A DNA stretch of 35,682 nt from NCBI GenBank assembly GCA_032718475.1, contig JAUCBJ010008803.1, positions 1-35,682 on the forward strand, written 5' to 3'. A model generated the notes under the pieces. It made no database searches. It was not told the DNA's origin and saw only the letters and a program-made list of their open reading frames with translations. The position numbers and the translations under genes are program-made. This document shows, in pieces, positions 1 through 12,000 of the stretch. Numbering within the stretch: the first letter of the stretch is position 1; each line of letters begins with the position of its first letter. This DNA comes from Nemertoderma westbladi (lineage: Eukaryota > Animalia > Xenacoelomorpha).

Positions 1-3000
1 CTCCTTGACCAGGATGATTCTCTATTTAGTTTTATTGTCTGTTCTCCTTGACCAGGATGATTCTCTATTTAGTTTTATTGTCTGTTCTCCTTGACCAGGA
101 TGATTCTCTATTTAGTTTTATTGTCTGTTCTCCTTGACCAGGATGATTCTCTATTTAGTTTTATTGTCTGTTCTCCTTGACCAGGATGATTCTCTATTTA
201 GTTTTATTGTCTGTTCTCCTTGACCAGGATGATTCTCTATTTAGTTTTATTGTCTGTTCTCCTTGACCAGGATGCTTCTCTATTTAGTTTTATTTTCTGT
301 TTTCCTTGGCCAGGATGATTCTCTATTTAGTTTTATTGTCTGTTCTCAGGGCCAGGATGATTCTCTATTTAGTTTTATTGTCTGTTCTCAGGGCCAGGAT
401 GATTCTCTATTTAGTTTTATTGTCTGTTTTCCTTGGCCAGGATGATTCTCTATTTAGTTTTATTGTCTGTTCTCAGGGCCAGGATGATTCTCTATTTAGT
501 TTTATTGTCTGTTCTCCTTTACCAGGAAGATTCTCTATTTAGTTTTATTGTCTGTTCTCCTTGACCAGGATGATTCTCTATTTAGTTTTATTGTCTGTTC
601 TCCTTGACCAGGATGATTCTCTATTTAGTTTTATTGTCTGTTCTCAGGGCCAGGATGATTCTCTATTTAGTTTTATTGTCTGTTCTCAGGGCCAGGATGA
701 TTCTCTATTTAGTTTTATTGTCTGTTCTCAGGGCCAGGATGATTCTCTATTTAGTTTTATTGTCTGTTCTCCTTGACCAGGATGATTCTCTATTTAGTTT
801 TATTGTCTGTTCTCCTTGACCAGGATGATTCTCTATTTAGTTTTATTGTCTGTTCTCCTTGACCAGGATGATTCTCTATTTAGTTTTATTGTCTGTTCTC
901 CTTGGCCAGGATGATTCTCTATTTAGTTTTATTGTCTGTTCTCCTTGACCAGGATGATTCTCTATTTAGTTTTATTGTCTGTTCTCAGGGCCAGGATGAT
1001 TCTCTATTTAGTTTTATTGTCTGTTCTCCTTGACCAGGATGATTCTCTATTTAGTTTTATTGTCTGTTCTCCTTGGCCAGGATGATTCTCTATTTAGTTT
1101 TATTGTCTGTTCTCCTTGACCAGGATGATTCTCTATTTAGTTTTATTGTCTGTTCTCAGGGCCAGGATGATTCTCTATTTAGTTTTATTGTCTGTTCTCC
1201 TTGACCAGGATGATTCTCTATTTAGTTTGATTGTCAGTTCTCAGGACCAGGATGATTCTCTATTTAGTTTTATTGTCTGTTCTCCTTGACCAGGATGATT
1301 CTCTATTTAGTTTTATTGTCTGTTCTCAGGGCCAGGATGATTCTCTATTTAGTTTTATTGTCTGTTCTCCTTGACCAGGATGATTCTCTATTTAGTTTTA
1401 TTGTCTGTTCTCCTTGACCAGGATGATTCTCTATTTAGTTTTATTGTCTGTTCTCCTTGACCAGGATGATTCTCTATTTAGTTTTATTGTCTGTTCTCCT
1501 TGACCAGGATGATTCTCTATTTAGTTTTATTGTCTGTTCTCCTTGACCAGGATGATTCTCTATTTAGTTTTATTGTCTGTTCTCCTTGACCAGGATGATT
1601 CTCTATTTAGTTTTATTGTCTGTACTCCTTGACCAGGATGATTCTCTATTTAGTTTTATTGTCTGTTCTCCTTTACCAGGATGATTCTCTATTTAGTTTT
1701 GTTGTCTGTTCTCCTTGACCAGGATGATTCTCTATTTAGTTTTATTGTCTGTTCTCCTTGACCAGGATGATTCTCTATTTAGTTTTATTGTCTGTTCTCA
1801 GGGCCAGGATGATTCTCTATTTCGTTTTATTGTCTGTTCTCCTTGGCCAGGATGATTCTCTATTTAGTTTTATTGTCTGTTCTCCTTGACCAGAATGATT
1901 CTCTATTTAGTTTTATTGTCTGTTCTCCTTGACCAGGATGATTCTCTATTTAGTTTTATTGTCTGTTCTCCTTGGCCAGGATGATTCTCTATTTAGTTTT
2001 ATTGTCTGTTCTCCTTGACCAGGATGATTCTCTATTTAGTTTTATTGTCTGTTCTCCTTGACCAGGATGATTCTCTATTTAGTTTTATTGTCTGTTCTCC
2101 TTGACCAGGATGATTCTCTATTTAGTTTTATTGTCTGTTCTCCTTGACCAGGATGATTCTCTATTTAGTTTTATTGTCTGTTCTCCTTGACCAGGATGAT
2201 TCTCTATTTAGTTTTATTGTCTGTTCTCCTTGACCAGGATGATTCTCTATTTAGTTTTATTGTCTGTTCTCCTTGACCAGGATGATTCTCTATTTAGTTT
2301 TATTGTCTGTTCTCCTTGACCAGGATGATTCTCTATTTAGTTTTATTGTCTGTTCTCCTTTACCAGGATGATTCTCTATTTAGTTTTATTGTCTGTTCTC
2401 AGGACCAGGATGATTCTCTATTTAGTTTTATTGTCTGTTCTCAGGGCCAGGATGATTCTCTATTTAGTTTTATTGTCTGTTCTCCTTGGCCAGGATGATT
2501 CTCTATTTAGTTTTATTGTCTGTTCTCCTTGACCAGGATGATTCTCTATTTAGTTTTATTGTCTGTTCTCCTTGACCAGGATGATTCTCTATTTAGTTTT
2601 ATTGTCTGTTCTCCTTGACCAGGATGATTCTCTATTTAGTTTTATTGTCTGTTCTCCTTGACCAGGATGATTCTCTATTTAGTTTTATTGTCTGTTCTCC
2701 TTGACCAGGATGATTCTCTATTTAGTTTTATTGTCTGTTCTCCTTGACCAGGATGATTCTCTATTTAGTTTTATTGTCTGTTCTCCTTGACCAGGATGAT
2801 TCTCTATTTAGTTTTATTGTCTGTTCTCCTTGACCAGGATGATTCTCTATTTAGTTTTATTGTCTGTTCTCCTTGACCAGGATGATTCTCTATTTAGTTT
2901 TATTGTCTGTTCTCCTTGACCAGGATGATTCTCTATTTAGTTTTATTGTCTGTTCTCCTTGACCAGGATGATTCTCTATTTAGTTTTATTGTCTGTTCTC

Positions 3001-6000
3001 CTTGACCAGGATGATTCTCTATTTAGTTTTATTGTCTGTTCTCCTTGACCAGGATGATTCTCTATTTAGTTTTATTGTCTGTTCTCCTTGACCAGGATGC
3101 TTCTCTATTTAGTTTTATTGTCTGTTTTCCTTGGCCAGGATGATTCTCTATTTAGTTTTATTGTCTGTTCTCAGGGCCAGGATGATTCTCTATTTAGTTT
3201 TATTGTCTGTTCTCAGGGCCAGGATGATTCTCTATTTAGTTTTATTGTCTGTTTTCCTTGGCCAGGATGATTCTCTATTTAGTTTTATTGTCTGTTCTCA
3301 GGGCCAGGATGATTCTCTATTTAGTTTTATTGTCTGTTCTCCTTGGCCAGGATGATTCTCTATTTAGTTTTATTGTCTGTTCTCCTTGGCCAGGAGGATT
3401 CTCTATTTAGTTTTATTGTCTGTTCTCAGGGCCAGGATGATTCTCTATTTAGTTTTATTGTCTGTTCTCCTTGACCAGGATGATTCTCTATTTAGTTTTA
3501 TTGTCTGTTCTCCTTGACCAGGATGATTCTCTATTTAGTTTTATTGTCTGTTCTCAGGGCCAGGATGATTCTCTATTTAGTTTTATTGTCTGTTCTCCTT
3601 GACCAGGCCAGGATGATTCTCTATTTAGTTTTATTGTCTGTTCTCAGGACCAGGATGATTCTCTATTTAGTTTTATTGTCTGTTCTCCTTGACCAGGATG
3701 ATTCTCTATTTAGTTTTATTGTCTGTTCTCAGGACCAGGATGATTCTCTATTTAGTTTTATTGTCTGTTCTCCTTGACCAGGATGATTCTCTATTTAGTT
3801 TTATTGTCTGTTCTCCTTGACCAGGATGATTCTCTATTTAGTTTTATTGTCTGTTCTCCTTGACCAGGATGATTCTCTATTTAGTTTTATTGTCTGTTCT
3901 CCTTGACCAGGAAGATTCTCTATTTAGTTTTATTGTCTGTTCTCCTTGACCAGGATGATTCTCTATTTAGTTTTATTGTCTGTTCTCCTTGACCAGGATG
4001 ATTCTCTATTTAGTTTTATTGTCTGTTCTCAGGGCCAGGATGATTCTCTATTTAGTTTTATTGTCTGTTCTCCTTGACCAGGATGATTCTCTATTTAGTT
4101 TTATTGTCTGTTCTCCTTTACCAGGATGATTCTCTATTTAGTTTTATTGTCTGTTCTCCTTGGCCAGGATGATTCTCTATTTAGTTTTATTGTCTGTTCT
4201 CAGGACCAGGATGATTCTCTATTTAGTTTTATTGTCTGTTCTCCTTGACCAGGATGATTCTCTATTTAGTTTGATTGTCTGTTCTCCTTTACCAGGATGA
4301 TTCTCTATTTAGTTTTATTGTCTGTTCTCCTTTACCAGGATGATTCTCTATTTAGTTTTATTGTCTGTTCTCAGGACCAGGATGATTCTCTATTTAGTTT
4401 TATTGTCTGTTCTCCTTTACCAGGATGATTCTCTATTTAGTTTTATTGTCTGTTCTCCTTTACCAGGATGATTCTCTATTTAGTTTTATTGTCTGTTCTC
4501 CTTGACCAGGATGATTCTCTATTTAGTTTGATTGTCTGTTCTCCTTTACCAGGATGATTCTCTATTTAGTTTTATTGTCTGTTCTCAGGACCAGGATGAT
4601 TCTCTATTTAGTTTTATTGTCTGTTCTCCTTTACCAGGATGATTCTCTATTTAGTTTTATTGTTTGTTCTCAGGACCAGGATGATTCTCTATTTAGTTTT
4701 ATTGTCTGTTCTCCTTTACCAGGATGATTCTCTATTTAGTTTTATTGTCTGTTCTCAGGGCCAGGATGATTCTCAATTTAGTTTTATTGTCTGTTCTCCT
4801 TGGCCAGGATGATTCTCTATTTAGTTTTATTGTCTGTTCTCCTTGACCAGGATGATTCTCTATTTAGTTTTATTGTCTGTTCTCCTTGACCAGGATGATT
4901 CTCTATTTAGTTTTATTGTCTGTTCTCAGGGCCAGGATGATTCTCTATTTAGTTGTATTGTCTGTTCTCCTTTACCAGGATGATTCTCTATTTAGTTTTA
5001 TTGTCTGTTCTCCTTGACCAGGATGATTCTCTATTTAGTTTTATTGTCTGTTCTCCTTGACCAGGATGATTCTCTATTTAGTTTTATTGTCTGTTCTCCT
5101 TTACCAGGATGATTCTCTATTTAGTTTTATTGTCTGTTCTCAGGGCCAGGATGATTCTCTATTTAGTTTTATTGTCTGTTCTCCTTGACCAGGATGATTC
5201 TCTATTTAGTTTTATTGTCTGTTCTCCTTGACCAGGATGATTCTCTATTTAGTTTTATTGTCTGTTCTCCTTGACCAGGATGATTCTCTATTTAGTTTTA
5301 TTGTCTGTTCTCCTTGACCAGGATGATTCTCTATTTAGTTTTATTGTCTGTTCTCCTTGACCAGGATGATTCTCTATTTAGTTTTATTGTCTGTTCTCCT
5401 TGACCAGGAAGATTCTCTATTTAGTTTTATTGTCTTTTCTCAGGGCCAGGATGATTCTCTATTTAGTTTTATTGTCTGTTCTCCTTGACCAGGATGATTC
5501 TCTATTTAGTTTTATTGTCTGTTCTCCTTGACCAGGATGATTCTCTATTTAGTTTTATTGTCTGTTCTCAGGACCAGGATGATTCTCTATTTAGTTTTAT
5601 TGTCTGTTCTCCTTGACCAGGATGATTCTCTATTTAGTTTTATTGTCTGTTCTCAGGGCCAGGATGATTCTCTATTTAGTTTTATTGTCTGTTCTCCTTT
5701 ACCAGGATGATTCTCTATTTAGTTTTATTGTCTGTTCTCCTTGACCAGGATGATTCTCTATTTAGTTTTATTGTCTGTTCTCCTTGACCAGGATGATTCT
5801 CTATTTAGTTTTATTGTCTTTTCTCAGGGCCAGGATGATTCTCTATTTAGTTTTATTGTCTGTTCTCCTTGACCAGGATGATTCTCTATTTAGTTTTATT
5901 GTCTGTTCTCCTTGACCAGGATGATTCTCTATTTAGTTTTATTGTCTGTTCTCAGGACCAGGATGATTCTCTATTTAGTTTTATTGTCTGTTCTCCTTGA

Positions 6001-9000
6001 CCAGGATGATTCTCTATTTAGTTTTATTGTCTGTTCTCAGGGCCAGGATGATTCTCTATTTAGTTTTATTGTCTGTTCTCCTTTACCAGGATGATTCTCT
6101 ATTTAGTTTTATTGTCTGTTCTCCTTGACCAGGATGATTCTCTATTTAGTTTTATTGTCTGTTCTCCTTGACCAGGATGATTCTCTATTTAGTTTTATTG
6201 TCTGTTCTCCTTGACCAGGATGATTCTCTATTTAGTTTTATTGTCTGTTCTCCTTGACCAGGATGATTCTCTATCTAGTTTTATTGTCTGTTCTCCTTGA
6301 CCAGGATGATTCTCTATTTAGTTTTATTGTCTGTTCTCCTTGACCAGGATGATTCTCTATTTAGTTTTATTGTCTGTTCTCCTTGACCAGGATGATTCTC
6401 TATTTAGTTTTATTGTCTGTTCTCCTTGACCAGGATGATTCTCTATTTAGTTTTATTGTCTGTTCTCCTTGACCAGGATGATTCTCTATTTAGTTTTATT
6501 GTCTGTTCTCCTTGACCAGGATGATTCTCTATTTAGTTTTATTGTCTGTTCTCCTTGACCAGGATGCTTCTCTATTTAGTTTTATTGTCTGTTCTCCTTG
6601 GCCAGGATGATTCTCTATTTAGTTTTATTGTCTGTTCTCAGGGCCAGGATGATTCTCTATTTAGTTTTATTGTCTGTTCTCAGGGCCAGGATGATTCTCT
6701 ATTTAGTTTTATTGTCTGTTTTCCTTGGCCAGGATGATTCTCTATTTAGTTTTATTGTCTGTTCTCGGGGCCAGGATGATTCTCTATTTAGTTTTATTGT
6801 CTGTTCTCCTTGGCCAGGATGATTCTCTATTTAGTTTTATTGTCTGTTCTCCTTGGCCAGGATGATTCTCTATTTAGTTTTATTGTCTGTTCTCAGGGCC
6901 AGGATGATTCTCTATTTAGTTTTATTGTCTGTTCTCCTTGACCAGGATGATTCTCTATTTAGTTTTATTGTCTGTTCTCCTTGACCAGGATGATTCTCTA
7001 TTTAGTTTTATTGTCTGTTCTCAGGGCCAGGATGATTCTCTATTTAGTTTTATTGTCTGTTCTCCTTGACCAGGCCAGGATGATTCTCTATTTAGTTTTA
7101 TTGTCTGTTCTCCTTGACCAGGATGATTCTCTATTTAGTTTTATTGTCTGTTCTCAGGACCAGGATGATTCTCTATTTAGTTTTATTGTCTGTTCTCCTT
7201 GACCAGGATGATTCTCTATTTAGTTTTATTGTCTGTTCTCCTTGACCAGGATGATTCTCTATTTAGTTTTATTGTCTGTTCTCAGGACCAGGATGATTCT
7301 CTATTTAGTTTTATTGTCTGTTCTCCTTGACCAGGATGATTCTCTATTTAGTTTTATTGTCTGTTCTCCTTGACCAGGATGATTCTCTATTTAGTTTTAT
7401 TGTCTGTTCTCCTTGACCAGGATGATTCTCTATTTAGTTTTATTGTCTGTTCTCAGGACCAGGATGATTTTCTATTTAGTTTTATTGTCTGTTCTCCTTG
7501 ACCAGGATGATTCTCTATTTAGTTTGATTGTCTGTTCTCCTTTACCAGGATGATTCTCTATTTAGTTTTATTGTCTGTTCTCCTTTACCAGGATGATTCT
7601 CTATTTAGTTTCATTGTCTGTTCTCAGGACCAGGATGATTCTCTATTTAGTTTTATTGTCTGTTCTCCTTTACCAGGATGATTCTCTATTTAGTTTTATT
7701 GTCTGTTCTCCTTTACCAGGATGATTCTCTATTTAGTTTTATTGTCTGTTCTCCTTGACCAGGATGATTCTCTATTTAGTTTGATTGTCTGTTCTCCTTT
7801 ACCAGGATGATTCTCTATTTAGTTTTATTGTCTGTTCTCCTTTACCAGGATGATTCTCTATTTAGTTTTATTGTCTGTTCTCCTTTACCAGGATGATTCT
7901 CTATTTAGTTTTATTGTCTGTTCTCAGGACCAGGATGATTCTCTATTTAGTTTTATTGTCTGTTCTCCTTTACCAGGATGATTCTCTATTTAGTTTTATT
8001 GTCTGTTCTCCTTTACCAGGATGATTCTCTATTTAGTTTTATTGTCTGTTCTCAGGACCAGGATGATTCTCTATTTAGTTTTATTGTCTGTTCTCCTTTA
8101 CCAGGATGATTCTCTATTTAGTTTTATTGTCTGTTCTCCTTTACCAGGATGATTCTCTATTTAGTTTTATTGTCTGTTCTCAGGACCAGGATGATTCTCT
8201 ATTTAGTTTTATTGTCTGTTCTCCTTTACCAGGATGATTCTCTATTTAGTTTTATTGTCTGTTCTCCTTTACCAGGATGATTCTCTATTTAGTTTTATTG
8301 TCTGTTCTCAGGACCAGGATGATTCTCTATTTAGTTTTATTGTCTGTTCTCCTTTACCAGGATGATTCTCTATTTAGTTTTATTGTTTGTTCTCAGGACC
8401 AGGATGATTCTCTATTTAGTTTTATTGTCTGTTCTCCTTTACCAGGATGATTCTCTATTTAGTTTTATTGTCTGTTCTCAGGGCCAGGATGATTCTCAAT
8501 TTAGTTTTATTGTCTGTTCTCCTTGGCCAGGATGATTCTCTATTTAGTTTTATTGTCTGTTCTCCTTGACCAGGATGATTCTCTATTTAGTTTTATTGTC
8601 TGTTCTCCTTGACCAGGATGATTCTCTATTTAGTTTTATTGTCTGTTCTCAGGGCCAGGATGATTCTCTATTTAGTTTTATTGTCTGTTCTCCTTTACCA
8701 GGATGATTCTCTATTTAGTTTTATTGTCTGTTCTCCTTGACCAGGATGATTCTCTATTTAGTTTTATTGTCTGTTCTCCTTGACCAGGATGATTCTCTAT
8801 TTAGTTTTATTGTCTGTTCTCCTTTACCAGGATGATTCTCTATTTAGTTTTATTGTCTGTTCTCAGGGCCAGGATGATTCTCTATTTAGTTTTATTATCT
8901 GTTCTCCTTGACCAGGATGAGTCTCTATTTAGTTTTATTGTCTGTTCTCCTTGACCAGGATGATTCTCTATTTAGTTTTATTGTCTGTTCTCCTTGACCA

Positions 9001-12000
9001 GGATGATTCTCTATTTAGTTTTATTGTCTGTTCTCCTTGACCAGGATGATTCTCTATTTAGTTTTATTGTCTGTTCTCCTTGACCAGGAAGATTCTCTAT
9101 TTAGTTTTATTGTCTTTTCTCAGGGCCAGGATGATTCTCTATTTAGTTTTATTGTCTGTTCTCCTTGACCAGGATGATTCTCTATTTAGTTTTATTGTCT
9201 GTTCTCCTTGACCAGGATGATTCTCTATTTAGTTTTATTGTCTGTTCTCAGGACCAGGATGATTCTCTATTTAGTTTTATTGTCTGTTCTCCTTGACCAG
9301 GATGATTCTCTATTTAGTTTTATTGTCTGTTCTCAGGGCCAGGATGATTCTCTATTTAGTTTTATTGTCTGTTCTCCTTTACCAGGATGATTCTCTATTT
9401 AGTTTTATTGTCTGTTCTGCTTGACCAGGATGATTCTCTATTTAGTTTTATTGTCTGTTCTCCTTGACCAGGATGATTCTCTATTTAGTTTTATTGTCTG
9501 TTCTCCTTGACCAGGATGATTCTCTATTTAGTTTTATTGTCTGTTCTCCTTGACCAGGATGATTCTCTATCTAGTTTTATTGTCTGTTCTCCTTGACCAG
9601 GATGATTCTCTATTTAGTTTTATTGTCTGTTCTCCTTGACCAGGATGATTCTCTATTTAGTTTTATTGTCTGTTCTCCTTGACCAGGATGATTCTCTATT
9701 TAGTTTTATTGTCTGTTCTCCTTGACCAGGATGATTCTCTATTTAGTTTTATTGTCTGTTCTCCTTGACCAGGAAGATTCTCTATTTAGTTTTATTGTCT
9801 GTTCTCAGGGCCAGGATGATTCTCTATTTAGTTTTATTGTCTGTTCTCCTTGACCAGGATGATTCTCTATTTAGTTTTATTATCTGTTCTCCTTGGCCAG
9901 GATGATTCTCTATTTAGTTTTATTGTCTGTTCTCAGGGCCAGGATGATTCTCTATTTAGTTTTATTGTCTGTTCTCCTTGGCCAGGATGATTCTCTATTT
10001 AGTTTTATTGTCTGTTCTCCTTGGCCAGGATGATTCTCTATTTAGTTTTATTGTCTGTTCTCAGGGCCAGGATAATTCTCTATTTAGTTTTATTGTCTGT
10101 TCTCCTTGACCAGGATGATTCTCTATTTAGTTTTATTGTCTGTTCTCCTTGACCAGGATGATTCTCTATTTAGTTTTATTGTCTGTTCTCAGGGCCAGGA
10201 TGATTCTCTATTTAGTTTTATTGTCTGTTCTCCTTGACCAGGATGATTCTCTATTTAGTTTTATTGTCTGTTCTCAGGACCAGGATGATTCTCTATTTAA
10301 TTTTATTGTCTGTTCTCCTTGACCAGGATGATTCTCTATTTAGTTTTATTGTCTGTTCTCAGGACCAGGATGATTCTCTATTTAGTTTTATTGTCTGTTC
10401 TCCTTGACCAGGATGATTCTCTATTTAGTTTTATTGTCTGTTCTCCTTGACCAGGATGATTCTCTATTTAGTTTTATTGTCTGTTCTCCTTGACCAGGAT
10501 GATTCTCTATTTAGTTTTATTGTCTGTTCTCCTTGACCAGAAAGATTCTCTATTTAGTTTTATTGTCTGTTCTCCTTGACCAGGATGATTCTCTATTTAG
10601 TTTTATTGTCTGTTCTCCTTGACCAGAATGATTCTCTATTTAGTTTTATTGTCTGTTCTCAGGGCCAGGATGATTCTCTATTTAGTTTTATTGTCTGTTC
10701 TCCTTGACCAGGATGATTCTCTATTTAGTTTTATTGTCTGTTCTCCTTTACCAGGATGATTCTCTATTTAGTTTTATTGTCTGTTCTCCTTGGCCAGGAT
10801 GATTCTCTATTTAGTTTTATTGTCTGTTCTCAGGACCAGGATGATTCTCTATTTAGTTTTATTGTCTGTTCTCCTTGACCAGGATGATTCTCTATTTAGT
10901 TTGATTGTCTGTTCTCCTTTACCAGGATGATTCTCTATTTAGTTTTATTGTCTGTTCTCCTTTACCAGGATGATTCTCTATTTAGTTTTATTGTCTGTTC
11001 TCAGGACCAGGATGATTCTCTATTTAGTTTTATTGTCTGTTCTCCTTTACCAGGATGATTCTCTATTTAGTTTTATTGTCTGTTCTCAGGGCCAGGATGA
11101 TTCTCTATTTAGTTTTATTGTCTGTTCTCCTTGACCAGGATGATTCTCTATTTAGTTTTATTGTCTGTTCTCCTTGACCAGGATGATTCTCTATTTAGTT
11201 TTATTGTCTGTTCTCCTTGACCAGGATGATTCTCTATTTAGTTTTATTGTCTGTTCTCCTTGACCAGGATGATTCTCTATTTAGTTTTATTGTCTGTTCT
11301 CCTTGACCAGGATGATTCTCTATTTAGTTTTATTGTCTGTTCTCCTTGACCAGGAAGATTCTCTATTTAGTTTTATTGTCTTTTCTCAGGGCCAGGATGA
11401 TTCTCTATTTAGTTTTATTGTCTGTTCTCCTTGACCAGGATGATTCTCTATTTAGTTTTATTGTCTGTTCTCCTTGACCAGGATGATTCTCTATTTAGTT
11501 TTATTGTCTGTTCTCAGGGCCAGGATGATTCTCTATTTAGTTTTATTGTCTGTTCTCCTTTACCAGGATGATTCTCTATTTAGTTTTATTGTCTGTTCTC
11601 CTTGACCAGGATGATTCTCTATTTAGTTTTATTGTCTGTTCTCCTTGACCAGGATGATTCTCTATTTAGTTTTATTGTCTGTTCTCCTTGACCAGGATGA
11701 TTCTCTATTTAGTTTTATTGTCTGTTCTCCTTGACCAGGATGATTCTCTATCTAGTTTTATTGTCTGTTCTCCTTGACCAGGATGATTCTCTATTTAGTT
11801 TTATTGTCTGTTCTCCTTGACCAGGATGATTCTCTATTTAGTTTTATTGTCTGTTCTCCTTGACCAGGATGATTCTCTATTTAGTTTTATTGTCTGTTCT
11901 CCTTGACCAGGATGATTCTCTATTTAGTTTTATTGTCTGTTCTCCTTGACCAGGATGATTCTCTATTTAGTTTTATTGTCTGTTCTCCTTGACCAGGATG